Shown piece by piece: positions 9,591-19,059 of a DNA stretch of 64,000 bases; position 1 is the stretch's first letter, and the number at the start of each line of letters is the position of its first letter. Below the pieces are notes generated by a model. That model did no database searches, had not been told where the DNA came from, and saw only the letters and a program-made list of their open reading frames with translations. Made by a program: the position numbers and the translations under genes. The DNA is from Caulobacteraceae bacterium (GTDB lineage Bacteria; Pseudomonadota; Alphaproteobacteria; Caulobacterales; Caulobacteraceae), in NCBI GenBank assembly GCA_019746095.1, contig JAIESL010000002.1, positions 100,603-164,602 on the forward strand. The letters run 5' to 3'.

Positions 9591-9816
9591 GCCACGGTTT
9601 CCTTTGCTGGACATCGTTCGCAACATCGCCGCTGCGGCTGCCCTTGATCTCGGCGCTGTCAGGGTCAGCGTCATCCGCTAGGGTGCCCGCCATGAACAGA
9701 CCCCTTGCCCCGGGCGCAACGGCCGCCGCCGGCACCCGGCCTGCCGCTGTTATGGAGCCCCTCCCCTGACCGCCGACCGACCCACATCGTCCCGCGCCGC
9801 TCCGCCCCCGCTGATC

Positions 9817-10866
9817 GTGGGCGGGGACGCCTTGCCGCGTCCGGACAACCGCGTCCTCATCCCCACCCACGGCCGCAAGCCTGCGTCGCCGCCCGGCACC
9901 GTGATCTGGGACCTGACCGGTGAATCCATGGGCACGCGCTGGTCAGTGCGGCTGGTTCCACCGCCGGCGCTTGACCGCGCTGCCGTCCAGTCCGCCGTCG
10001 AGGCGGAACTGGCCCGGATTGTCGGCCTGTTCAGCCATTGGGATCCCCGGTCCGAGCTTTCGCGGCTGAATGCGGCCCCGCCAGGCTTCTGGGCCGTGTC
10101 CGAGCCGTTCTGGGCCCTGCTGAACCAGGCCATGGATCTGGCCGATGAGACCAATGGTGCCGTGGACCCGGCGCTGGGCACACTCGTCGATCTCTGGGGC
10201 TTCGGCCCCCCCGGCCCTCGCCCCCTCAACGGGTTCGGGACCGGCTGCACCCTGCCCCTGGAGGATGAGATCGCCGCCGCCCGGGCCCTGTCCGGCTGGG
10301 GCATCGTCCGTTTCAACCGGGAGGCCCGCGCGGTCCAGCAACTGGGCGGCGTAAGGCTTGACCTTTCCGCCATCGCCAGGGGCCATGCCGTCGACCGGAT
10401 TTCCGAACGCCTGACCGCCATGGGCGCCACCCACCATCTGGTCGAGATCGGGGGCGAGCGGCGCGGCGCGGGCGTCAAGCCGGACGGCATGCCCTGGTGG
10501 GTTGAGTTGCAACAGGCACCGGGGGCATCGGGCCTGCGGACGGTCGCCGCCCTGTTCGACCTGGCCTGCGCCACCTCGGGCGACTCGATCCATCGCTTCG
10601 AGGCCTACGGCCAGACTTACAGCCACACCCTCGACGGCCGCACCGGCCGGCCGGTCGAAAACGGGATCGCCTCGGTCACCGTCCTTGCCGAAACGGCCGT
10701 CTACGCCGACGCCATGGCCACGGCCCTGACGGTCATGGGCCCCGAGGAGGGGCCGGCCTATGCCGCAGCCATGAACATCGCCGCCGCCCTTGTGGTGCGA
10801 ACCGCGGACGGGCTGACAGAGACTGTGACCCCCGCCTTTGCTGCGATGATGTCCGCGGGCACCTGA
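9817..10866 (+). CDS. apbE: FAD:protein FMN transferase (start uncertain)
   Basis: MGTRW, SELSRLN, LDLSAIARG..VD, EIGGE, ATSGD and ADAMATAL motifs. Confidence 0.88.
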   Translation: MGGDALPRPDNRVLIPTHGRKPASPPGTVIWDLTGESMGTRWSVRLVPPPALDRAAVQSAVEAELARIVGLFSHWDPRSELSRLNAAPPGFWAVSEPFWALLNQAMDLADETNGAVDPALGTLVDLWGFGPPGPRPLNGFGTGCTLPLEDEIAAARALSGWGIVRFNREARAVQQLGGVRLDLSAIARGHAVDRISERLTAMGATHHLVEIGGERRGAGVKPDGMPWWVELQQAPGASGLRTVAALFDLACATSGDSIHRFEAYGQTYSHTLDGRTGRPVENGIASVTVLAETAVYADAMATALTVMGPEEGPAYAAAMNIAAALVVRTADGLTETVTPAFAAMMSAGT

Positions 10867-10979
10867 CCGGCGCGCCTGTCCGCTTTCGCTGACCGTGCGC
10901 GGGCGATGCCGGCGCATGGCCGGCCGAGGCCGGGCCGGGTGCTGTCTTGCCGCATGGAGACAGATGGATTTCACTTGTG

Positions 10980-10998
10980 AATGAGAATGCTTCGCATT
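10980..10998. promoter_or_regulatory. Fur-box-like operator
   Basis: 19 bp AATGAGAA-TGC-TTCGCATT (7/8 inverted repeat), 38 bp upstream of the TonB receptor start. Confidence 0.7.
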
Positions 10999-11036
10999 AG
11001 TGCAAGCAGCCTTCCCGCGTCCATCGGAACACGACA

Positions 11037-13097
11037 ATGCGTACCCTGCTGGTTTCCACGGCCCTGATAATGGCGGCACCCTCGCTCGCATTCGCCCAGG
11101 CACCGTCGTCAGAGCTGGATCCCATCCTCGTGACAGGCAAGGCGCGGGGCTATGCCGCCGTCGATTCCGTAACCGCGACCAAGACCGACACCCCCCTGCT
11201 CGACGTGCCGCAGACGGTCAATGTGGTGACCCGGGTACAGATCCAGGACCAGGCCATGCAGAACCTGGGCGAGGTGCTGCGCTATGTTCCCGGGGTCACG
11301 GTCGGTCAGGGCGAGGGCAATCGCGACCAGATCACGCTGCGCGGTCAGAACACCACGGCCGACTTCTTCCTCGATGGTGTGCGGGATGACGCCCAGTATT
11401 TCCGGGGCCTCTACAACCTGGAACGGGTCGAGGTGCTCAAGGGGCCCTACGCCCTGATCTTCGGACGCGGCGGCGGCGGCGGCATCGTCAACCGTGTGCA
11501 GAAGACGCCCAGCCTCGATGGCGTCTTCATGGGCGGTCGGGCGGGCGCAAACAGCTTCGGGGCCTGGGAGGTTGCAGCGGACGTCAACGCCCCCCTGACC
11601 GACCGGGCCGCCGTGCGGATCAATGCCGTCTTCGAAAACCTCGACAACCACCGCGATTTCTTCGGCGGCGAGCGATATGCGCTGAACCCCTATGTGGCCG
11701 TCGACCTGGGGGCCGGCTGGCGGACGGGCCTGTCCTTCGAACACGTCCATGATGACCGCGTTACGGATCGCGGCATTCCCTCGCTCGCCGGCGCGCCGAT
11801 CACCGGCTATCGGGACCGCTTCTTCGGTGTTCCGGGGGTCAACCGCACCACCCTGGCCGCCGACCTCGCCAAGCTGCGGCTCGACGGGCCGCTGGCCGAC
11901 ACCATCCAGGTCTCGACCACCGTCCTCTTTGGCGATTACGACAAGCGCTACACCAACGTCTATGCCAACGGACCGGCCACCAGCCAGACCGGGACCGTCC
12001 CGCTGGCGGCCTACACCGATGCAGCGGACAGGCAGAACCTGTTGGTCCAGGGCAATCTGGTCTGGGAGACCTCGACCGGCGGCATCGACCACATCCTGAT
12101 GTTCGGCCTCGAATACGCCGATCAGGACACGGCCAGTCAGCGACGTAACGGCGTGCTGTCCAGTACAAGCCTGGACCTCGCCAACCCCCTGTTTCCGACC
12201 GTGACCTTTCCGTTGCTGAGCCGCGATACCGTGTCCAATGTCCGGTCCGCCTCGGCCTATGTCCAGGACCAGATCAGCCTGGGTGAGCGTTTCGAGATTG
12301 TCGCCGGCCTGCGCTACGACCGTTTCGAGATTACGGGCCTCGACTTCATCGCCGACCCGGATCGCCCCTTCGCCCGCACGGACGAAAAGGTCTCCCCGCG
12401 CCTCGGCCTGATCTACAAGCCCCAGCCGGACGTTTCGATCTACGGCAGCTACAGCCGCTCCTTCCTGCCGCGGTCGGGCGACCAGTTCCTGAGCCTGTCG
12501 ACCACCCAGCAGAACCTCGCGCCCGAGGAATTCACCAACCACGAGCTGGGTGCCAAATGGGATGTCCGCCCCGGCCTCAACATCAGTGCGGCTGTTTTCC
12601 GGCTGGACCGCACCAATGCGACGACGCCTGACCCGCTCAACCCGGTCGTGACCATCAATGTCGGCGGGACCCGGACGGAGGGTTTCGAACTGGCCGTCAC
12701 CGGCCGGGTCCTGCCCGGCTGGCAGGTCAGCAGCGGCTATTCCTGGCAGGACGCGCGACTTCAGGGCAACGACTCGGTCCGCCTCGGCCAGACGCCGAAG
12801 CAACAGGTCAGCGTCTGGAACCGCTACGACGTCAGCCGCCGGCTGGGCCTAGGACTCGGGGTCATTAACCAGTCCAGCCAGTTCGCCGCCATCCGGACAT
12901 CCGGCACGACCACCCGGCTGCCGGCCTTCACCCGCGTCGATGCCGCCGTCTTCTACCGGGTCAGCCCTGCCGTGCAGATGCAGCTCAACATCGAGAACCT
13001 GTTCGATGAATCCTGGGTCTCGGACGCCCACAACAATTTCAACATCTCGACCGGTGCCCCGTTGAATGCGCGGCTGACCCTGGTCGCGGAGTTCTAG
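11037..13097 (+). CDS. TonB-dependent siderophore-type receptor
   Basis: Signal peptide, ATKTDTPL.DVPQ, ERVEVLKGP, NIENLFD and C-terminal Phe. Confidence 0.93.
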   Translation: MRTLLVSTALIMAAPSLAFAQAPSSELDPILVTGKARGYAAVDSVTATKTDTPLLDVPQTVNVVTRVQIQDQAMQNLGEVLRYVPGVTVGQGEGNRDQITLRGQNTTADFFLDGVRDDAQYFRGLYNLERVEVLKGPYALIFGRGGGGGIVNRVQKTPSLDGVFMGGRAGANSFGAWEVAADVNAPLTDRAAVRINAVFENLDNHRDFFGGERYALNPYVAVDLGAGWRTGLSFEHVHDDRVTDRGIPSLAGAPITGYRDRFFGVPGVNRTTLAADLAKLRLDGPLADTIQVSTTVLFGDYDKRYTNVYANGPATSQTGTVPLAAYTDAADRQNLLVQGNLVWETSTGGIDHILMFGLEYADQDTASQRRNGVLSSTSLDLANPLFPTVTFPLLSRDTVSNVRSASAYVQDQISLGERFEIVAGLRYDRFEITGLDFIADPDRPFARTDEKVSPRLGLIYKPQPDVSIYGSYSRSFLPRSGDQFLSLSTTQQNLAPEEFTNHELGAKWDVRPGLNISAAVFRLDRTNATTPDPLNPVVTINVGGTRTEGFELAVTGRVLPGWQVSSGYSWQDARLQGNDSVRLGQTPKQQVSVWNRYDVSRRLGLGLGVINQSSQFAAIRTSGTTTRLPAFTRVDAAVFYRVSPAVQMQLNIENLFDESWVSDAHNNFNISTGAPLNARLTLVAEF

Positions 13098-13132
13098 AGA
13101 GAGAGACCGGTCCCGGACCTCGCCCGAAACCG

Positions 13133-14347
13133 TCAGCCCGGGGCCGCCGCAACCTCCTTCATTGACACGGCGCGATCGGCCAGTCGCGCGGCATCCACCA
13201 GCGAGCCGCGCGAGATCATCAGCCGGCCGGCCATGAATTCCGCCGGCGCATTGACCGCCTCGACGCAGACGATCCGGTCGCCGGCGAGGTGGAAGACGGC
13301 GAAGGTCCCGCCGTCGACATCACCCCGGACCACCTGGCGGTCCGCGCCGTCGGGCAGGCCGGCGATCTGCAGCTTGATCTCGTACTGATCAGACCAGAAC
13401 CACGGAACCTCGGGCGGCGGCGGCGCGCGTCCGGTAATCGCCGCCGCGGCCTGCTTGGCCTGCTCCAGCGCATTGGGAACACTCTCCAGCCGATGCCGCC
13501 GTCCACCATGGGCCGGAACCGGCCGGAAGGTCATGTCGCCGATGGCCCAGATTGCCGGGTCCGAGGTCCGCGCCGTCTCGTCGACCACCACCCCGTTGTC
13601 ACAGACCAGCCCCGCCGCCCGCGCCAGCCCGTCGCTCGCCAGCGCCCCGACCCCGACCAGCACGGCATCGGCCTGGATCAACCGACCGTCGCCCAGCCGG
13701 ACGCCACCCTCCTCGAAGGCCACCACCTCCGCGGCGGTCAGCACCTCGACACCATGGGCCCGATGATGGGCCGTGAAGAAGGCCGACAGGGTCTCCGAGG
13801 CCACCCGGGCCAGCACCCGGTCCATCCGCTCGATGACCACGGCTTCAGCGCCGAGTGCCCGCGCCGAGGCCGCCGCCTCCAGCCCGACATAGCCGCCGCC
13901 GACCACCGCCAGCCGCTTCCCCGGCCCCAGCGCGCCTTTCAGCCGCTCCGCATCGGTGAGCGTCCGAAGCTCCATGAGATCCGGCCGGTCCGCGCCCGGG
14001 ACGGTCAGCTTCCGCGCCGTAGATCCGGTCGCCAGGATCAGGGCGTCATAGGGTTCCACCGTCCCGTCGGCGAAGGTCACGGTCCTCGCGGACGGATGGA
14101 TCGCGGTCGCCGTCACCCCGGTGCGCAGGTCGATATCATGCTCGCCATAGAAGGCTTCGGGCCGCAGCAGCAGCGCCTCGAGGTCGGCCTCGCCCTTCAG
14201 CCAGGCCTTGGACAGGGGCGGCCGTTGGTACGGCGCCGCCGGCTCCTCGCCCGCCAGCACGATCGGCCCCTCATGCCCGTACTGGCGCAGCAACGCCGCC
14301 GCCGTCCCGCCCGCATGTCCCGCGCCGATGATCAGAACCTTGGTCAT
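13133..14347 (-). CDS. NAD(P)/FAD-dependent ferredoxin reductase
   Basis: IGAGHAG, YQRPPLSK, VGGGYVGLE and PWFWSDQY motifs; start MTKVL at 14347. Confidence 0.92.
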   Translation of the reverse strand: MTKVLIIGAGHAGGTAAALLRQYGHEGPIVLAGEEPAAPYQRPPLSKAWLKGEADLEALLLRPEAFYGEHDIDLRTGVTATAIHPSARTVTFADGTVEPYDALILATGSTARKLTVPGADRPDLMELRTLTDAERLKGALGPGKRLAVVGGGYVGLEAAASARALGAEAVVIERMDRVLARVASETLSAFFTAHHRAHGVEVLTAAEVVAFEEGGVRLGDGRLIQADAVLVGVGALASDGLARAAGLVCDNGVVVDETARTSDPAIWAIGDMTFRPVPAHGGRRHRLESVPNALEQAKQAAAAITGRAPPPPEVPWFWSDQYEIKLQIAGLPDGADRQVVRGDVDGGTFAVFHLAGDRIVCVEAVNAPAEFMAGRLMISRGSLVDAARLADRAVSMKEVAAAPG

Positions 14348-14360
14348 GGACAGGGAAATA

Positions 14361-14465
14361 GAGGGGCGAGGGGCGAGGGTCGAGGGGTGAGTGGGGAGGG
14401 ACGTCTCCCGCCTCGCTGACAGGGCTTCACCGACACTGGCACCTCGCCTCTCGACCCTCTTGACC
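14361..14465. repeat. Heptamer-armed hairpin element A: (GAGGGGC/GAGGGTC)n ... (CCTCGCC/CCTCGAC)n
   Basis: Five degenerate heptamers at 14361-14395; complementary arm at 14442-14465 (15/17 match). Confidence 0.75.
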
Positions 14466-14468
14466 GTG

Positions 14469-14488
14469 CCACTGTTACAGCATAGTGG
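14469..14488. promoter_or_regulatory. Candidate YerC/TrpR-like operator
   Basis: CCACT-N10-AGTGG palindrome 7 bp before the yerC ATG. Confidence 0.4.
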
Positions 14489-14495
14489 AACGCGC

Positions 14496-14816
14496 ATGAA
14501 CGACACCCTGCCCCCCAAGGCCGTGCACAAGGCGGCCGACGACCGGCTCGCCCTCTATGACGCCCTGCTGTGTCTGAAGACCCGCGAGGAGCTGGACGCC
14601 TTTCTCGCCGACCTGTGCACGCCGTCGGAACTTCGGGCCTTCGCCGAGCGCTGGGCCGTGGCGCGCCTGCTGGACGAGCAGGTGCATTCCTACCGGGAGA
14701 TCGCCGCCGAGGCCCGGGCCAGCCCGACCACCGTCGTGCGGGTCGCCCGCTTCCTCAAGGAAATGCCGCACCAAGGCTATCGCCTGGTGCTGGACCGCCT
14801 GAAGACCAAAGCCTGA
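14496..14816 (+). CDS. TrpR-like YerC/YecD regulator heading the his operon
   Basis: FLADLCTPSEL....ERW.VARLL, SYREIA and TTV.RVARFL motifs. Confidence 0.9.
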   Translation: MNDTLPPKAVHKAADDRLALYDALLCLKTREELDAFLADLCTPSELRAFAERWAVARLLDEQVHSYREIAAEARASPTTVVRVARFLKEMPHQGYRLVLDRLKTKA

Positions 14817-14838
14817 AACAGAAAGTCTGAGTCCCCCC

Positions 14839-15720
14839 ATGAGTACCGTCCAGGGTCGGCTGCGTATCGCCGTCCAGAAATCCGGCCGCCTGTCCGACCG
14901 CAGCCTCGACCTCGTCCGCGACGCGGGCCTGCGCGTGGTCAAGGGCAACAACGACCTGCTCTACCGGGTCGAGAACTATCCCATCGACCTGCTGCGCGTG
15001 CGCGACGACGATATCCCGACCTTTGTCGCCGACGGCGTCTGCGACCTCGGCATCGTCGGCGAGAATGTGCTGGAGGAGGTCCGCAACGGCGGCCCGACGG
15101 CCGAGGTTCTGATGCCGCTGGGCTTCGGCCGCTGCACCCTGAAGATCGCCGTCCCACCGACCCTCGACTACGCCGGCCCGACCTCGCTGGACGGCCTGCG
15201 CATCGCCACCTCCTATCCCAAGATCCTGCGTCGCTATCTGGATGCCCAGGGCGTGTCCGCCGACATCGTCACCATGCGCGGTGCGGTCGAGGTCGCCCCG
15301 CGGCTCAAGCTGGCCTCGGCCATCTGCGACCTCGTCTCGACCGGTGCCACCCTCGAGGCCAACGGTCTCGCCGCGAAGGAAACGGTGCTGGACAGCCAGG
15401 CCGTGCTGATCAAATCGCCGGTCGCCCCGGAGCCCGGCCTGCAGCACCTGCTCGACAGCATCATCGAACGGATGGCCGGAGTGGTGTCCTCGCAGGGGGC
15501 CAAATACGTCATGCTCAACGCCCCCCGCTCGGCCCTGGCCGAGATCACCGCCATCCTGCCCGGGGCCGGCGCGCCGACGGTCATGCCCCTGGCCGGCCGT
15601 GACGATGCCGTGGCCGTGCACGCCGTCTGTCAGGAGGCGGTCTTCTGGGAAACCCTGGAGCGGCTCAAGGCCGCGGGGGCTTCTGCCATTCTGGTCCTCC
15701 CGATCGAGAAGATGATGTGA
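14839..15720 (+). CDS. hisG: ATP phosphoribosyltransferase, long form
   Basis: IAVQKSGRL, IATSYP, GAVEVAP and DLVSTGATL motifs, plus C-terminal regulatory domain (PIEKM). Confidence 0.96.
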   Translation: MSTVQGRLRIAVQKSGRLSDRSLDLVRDAGLRVVKGNNDLLYRVENYPIDLLRVRDDDIPTFVADGVCDLGIVGENVLEEVRNGGPTAEVLMPLGFGRCTLKIAVPPTLDYAGPTSLDGLRIATSYPKILRRYLDAQGVSADIVTMRGAVEVAPRLKLASAICDLVSTGATLEANGLAAKETVLDSQAVLIKSPVAPEPGLQHLLDSIIERMAGVVSSQGAKYVMLNAPRSALAEITAILPGAGAPTVMPLAGRDDAVAVHAVCQEAVFWETLERLKAAGASAILVLPIEKMM

Positions 15721-17027
15721 TGAAACGCCTCGACTGGAGCACCCTCGACGCCGCCGGCCGCCGTGAGGCCCTGGCCCGTCCCCGCCGCCGCACCGAGGCG
15801 CGCGTCACCGATACGGTGCGCGAGATCATGGAGGATGTCCGTGACCGCGGCGGTCAGGCCGTGACCGACTGGAGCCTCAAGCTGGACGGCGCGCCCCCCC
15901 GGCGGCTTGAGCTGACGCCAGACCGCGTCGCCGCCGCCCGCGATGCCCTGCGCCCCGCCGACACCCGGTCGATCCGTATGGCGGCCGAGAACATCCGCAT
16001 CTTCCACGAGGCGACCCGCCCCGAGGACACGCCCGACGTCGAGATCATTCCCGGCGTCCGCTCGCGGCTGGTCTGGCGTCCCCTGCGCTCGGCAGGTCTC
16101 TATGTCCCCGGCGGCTCGGCCCCGCTGTTCTCCTCCCTGCTGATGCTGGCCATACCGGCCGCCGTGGCCGGTGTCGGCCGCCGCGTCGCCGTCACCCCGC
16201 CGTCTGCCTCGGGCGAGCCGCACCCGGCCATGATCTTCGCCGCCGCCGAAGCCGGTCTCGATGAACTCTGGCTGATCGGCGGGGCCCAGGCCATCGCCGC
16301 CCTCACCTTCGGCGCCGCGCTGGAAGACGGGATCATCGCCCCCTGTGACAAGCTGTTCGGACCCGGCAATGCCTGGGTCGCCGAGGCCAAGAAACAGGCC
16401 TCGAACCTGCCCGGCGGACCCGCCGTCGACATGCCCGCCGGCCCGTCGGAACTGCTGGTCATCGCCGACCGCGACGCCGATCCGGAAATCGCCGCCGCCG
16501 ACCTGCTCAGCCAGGCCGAACACGACGCCGACGCCCAGGTCATCCTGGTCTCGGAAAGCCGCGCCAATATCGACGCCATCCTCGCCGAGGTGGACCGCCA
16601 GCTCGAAACCCTGCCCCGGGCCGACATCGCCCGCGCCTCGCTCGCCGAGGGTCGCGCCATCCGCGTGCGCGATGTGGCGGAGGCCTGCGAGGTAGCCAAT
16701 CTCTATGCGCCGGAACACCTGGCCCTGCAGACCGTCGAGCCCGACCGGCTGGTCGAGCGTATCACCGCCGCCGGAGCGGTGTTCGTCGGGGCCTTCGCCG
16801 CCGAGACCCTGGGCGACTATGCCGCCGGTCCCAGCCACGTCCTGCCCACCGACGGAGCCGCCCGCACCATGGGCGGTGTCATCACCGCCAGCTTCATGAC
16901 CTCCATGTCGGTCCAGGTCGTGACCGAGGCCGGGGCCGCCGCCCTGGCCCCGGTCGCCGCCCGCCTGGCCCGGCTGGAAGGCCTCGAGGCCCACGCCCGC
17001 GCGGCGGATCTGAGGGCCGGCGAATGA
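15717..17027 (+). CDS. hisD: Histidinol dehydrogenase (start 15717 or 15720)
   Basis: YVPGG, GPGN.WV, DMPAGPSE, DLLSQAEHD and GDYAAGPSHVLPT motifs. Confidence 0.96.
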   Translation: MMKRLDWSTLDAAGRREALARPRRRTEARVTDTVREIMEDVRDRGGQAVTDWSLKLDGAPPRRLELTPDRVAAARDALRPADTRSIRMAAENIRIFHEATRPEDTPDVEIIPGVRSRLVWRPLRSAGLYVPGGSAPLFSSLLMLAIPAAVAGVGRRVAVTPPSASGEPHPAMIFAAAEAGLDELWLIGGAQAIAALTFGAALEDGIIAPCDKLFGPGNAWVAEAKKQASNLPGGPAVDMPAGPSELLVIADRDADPEIAAADLLSQAEHDADAQVILVSESRANIDAILAEVDRQLETLPRADIARASLAEGRAIRVRDVAEACEVANLYAPEHLALQTVEPDRLVERITAAGAVFVGAFAAETLGDYAAGPSHVLPTDGAARTMGGVITASFMTSMSVQVVTEAGAAALAPVAARLARLEGLEAHARAADLRAGE

Positions 17028-18460
17028 ACAACCTTCCGGCCCCCTTCCCGCCACTGGTCTCCGGCGGTGACGGCCTCGACCGCTACCCGGCCGAGCCCCA
17101 CGCCCTCGCCGCCCGCATGGCCCAGGTCTATGGCGTCACCGCCGACAGCGTCCTGCCGGTGCGCGGCCTGACCCACGGGCTGGAACTGGTCTTCCGCCTC
17201 GCCGCCCGCGACGGCCTGCGCGTCGAGGCCCCGGATGCCGAACCTTACCGGGCCCTCGCCGCCCTCTACGCCACGCCCGCCGCCGGAGCCGTGACCGGCG
17301 CCGTCATCCTCCGCGCCCTCGGCTCGCCCGAGGCCGTGGCCGAGATGGCCGGACGGATCGCCCCCGCCCTGCTGGTCATCGACGAGGGCATGGCCGAGTT
17401 CGCCGACGCTGCCTCCGCCGCGACCGCGATCCGGGATCACGCCAATCTGATCGTCCTGCGCAGCCTGTCGCTGGCCCATGGCCTGGCCGGTGCCCGCGTC
17501 GGCGCCGCCCTCGGCCAGCCCGAAACACTGGCCCGCCTCGCCGCCGTGCTGGAGCCCTGGGCCCTGCCCGAGGTCTCCATCCGTCTCGCCCTGCAGGCCC
17601 TCGACCCCTCCCGCATGATGGAGACCACGGCCCGGATCGCCCTCGTCCGTTCGGAACGGGACCGCCTTATCAAGGCCCTGTCCCGTGAGATGGTCATCGA
17701 GCCCGGCTTCGGCCCCGTGATCATGGCCCGTCCCGCCGATCCGGATGCGGTTCTCTCTGCCCTCGCCCGTTTCGGCCTTGTCGGCGAACGGTCGCACGAC
17801 CGCCTGCGCCTGCCGGTCTCCGCCAGGGCCGAGGTCAATGACCGGCTCCTGGCCGCCCTCGGCCTCGGCACCGCATCCGGCCGCATCCACCGCACCGGCG
17901 AGGCCGTCCGCGATACCAGGGAGACGCGCATCGTCTGCGCCGTCGACCTCGACGCGGCCGGGCCCGTCTCGATCGCCACGGACGTCGGCTTCTTCGACCA
18001 CATGCTGGAGCAGGTCGCAGCCCACGGCGGCTTCTCCCTGCGCCTGTCCTGCGAAGGCGACCTGCACACCGATCCGCACCACACCATCGAGGACTCGGCC
18101 ATCGCCCTCGGTCAGGCCCTGAAACAGGCGTTGGGCGAGCGTCGCGGCATCGCCCGCTACGGCTTCGTCCTGCCCATGGACGAGGCCAATGCCAGCGTCT
18201 CCATCGACCTGTCCGGCCGCCCCTTCCCGGTCTTCGAGGGGACGTTCGCGACCCCCTTCATCGGCGACTACCGAACCGACCTGACGGCCCATGTCTTCCG
18301 CTCGCTGGCCGAACACCTCGGCGCGGCCATCCATGTCTCGGTCACCGGCGAGGACGACCATCACAAGACCGAGGCCGTCTACAAGGCCTTCGGCCGCGCC
18401 CTGCGTCAGGCCATCCGCGTCGAGGGCGACGTCGTGCCCTCGACCAAGGGTGTGCTGTGA
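17024..18460 (+). CDS. hisB: Fusion of a degenerate HisC-like aminotransferase domain to imidazoleglycerol-phosphate dehydratase
   Basis: C-terminal IGPD motifs FFDHML, DPHHTIED and DDHHKTEAVYKAFGRAL; N-terminal class I/II aminotransferase remnant (RYP, IDE, RSLSLAHGLAG.RVG). Confidence 0.9.
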   Translation: MNNLPAPFPPLVSGGDGLDRYPAEPHALAARMAQVYGVTADSVLPVRGLTHGLELVFRLAARDGLRVEAPDAEPYRALAALYATPAAGAVTGAVILRALGSPEAVAEMAGRIAPALLVIDEGMAEFADAASAATAIRDHANLIVLRSLSLAHGLAGARVGAALGQPETLARLAAVLEPWALPEVSIRLALQALDPSRMMETTARIALVRSERDRLIKALSREMVIEPGFGPVIMARPADPDAVLSALARFGLVGERSHDRLRLPVSARAEVNDRLLAALGLGTASGRIHRTGEAVRDTRETRIVCAVDLDAAGPVSIATDVGFFDHMLEQVAAHGGFSLRLSCEGDLHTDPHHTIEDSAIALGQALKQALGERRGIARYGFVLPMDEANASVSIDLSGRPFPVFEGTFATPFIGDYRTDLTAHVFRSLAEHLGAAIHVSVTGEDDHHKTEAVYKAFGRALRQAIRVEGDVVPSTKGVL

Positions 18461-19059
18461 GCGAGGTCACCGTTCTCGCCTATGGTGCCGGCAACACCGC
18501 CTCGGTCCGGTTCGCGCTGGAGCGGCTGGGGGCCACCGTGCGCCTGACGGATGACCCCGCCGCAGTCACCGAGGCCGAACGGCTGATCCTGCCCGGGGTC
18601 GGGGCGGCCGCCTATGCCATGGCCCGCCTGTCCGCCCTCGGCCTCGTCGAGCCCCTCCGCGCCTTTCCGCGTCCCCTGCTCGGTGTCTGTCTGGGCCAGC
18701 AGCTGCTGTTCGAGACCAGCGAGGAGGGCGAACCCGTGCCCCTGCTCGGCCTGATCCCCGGGGCCGTCCGCCGCCTCGAGCCCGGCCCCGGCCTGACCGT
18801 ACCGCATATGGGCTGGTCGCGCCTGACCGCCGACCGGTCCGACCCCCTGCTCGAGGGGATCGCGGACGGTGCCTATGCCTATTTCGTCCACGGCTTCGTC
18901 TGCCCCGAGGGGCCCGCCACCCTGGCCCGCGCCGACTACGGCGGCCCGGTCCCGGCCATGGTCCGCAGCGGCCATCGCTGGGGCTGCCAGTTCCACCCCG
19001 AGCGCTCGGCCGCCACCGGCGCCCGGATCCTGCGCAACTTCCTGGAGCTCCCCGCGTGA
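18457..19059 (+). CDS. hisH: Imidazole glycerol phosphate synthase, glutaminase subunit
   Basis: LPGVG, GVCLGQQ, VPHMGW and QFHPERS motifs. Confidence 0.95.
   Translation: MSEVTVLAYGAGNTASVRFALERLGATVRLTDDPAAVTEAERLILPGVGAAAYAMARLSALGLVEPLRAFPRPLLGVCLGQQLLFETSEEGEPVPLLGLIPGAVRRLEPGPGLTVPHMGWSRLTADRSDPLLEGIADGAYAYFVHGFVCPEGPATLARADYGGPVPAMVRSGHRWGCQFHPERSAATGARILRNFLELPA

Noticed and set aside
9591-9816. Small gene between the Mur ligase and apbE
   Set aside because: All frames give low-complexity peptides without a convincing RBS or motif.
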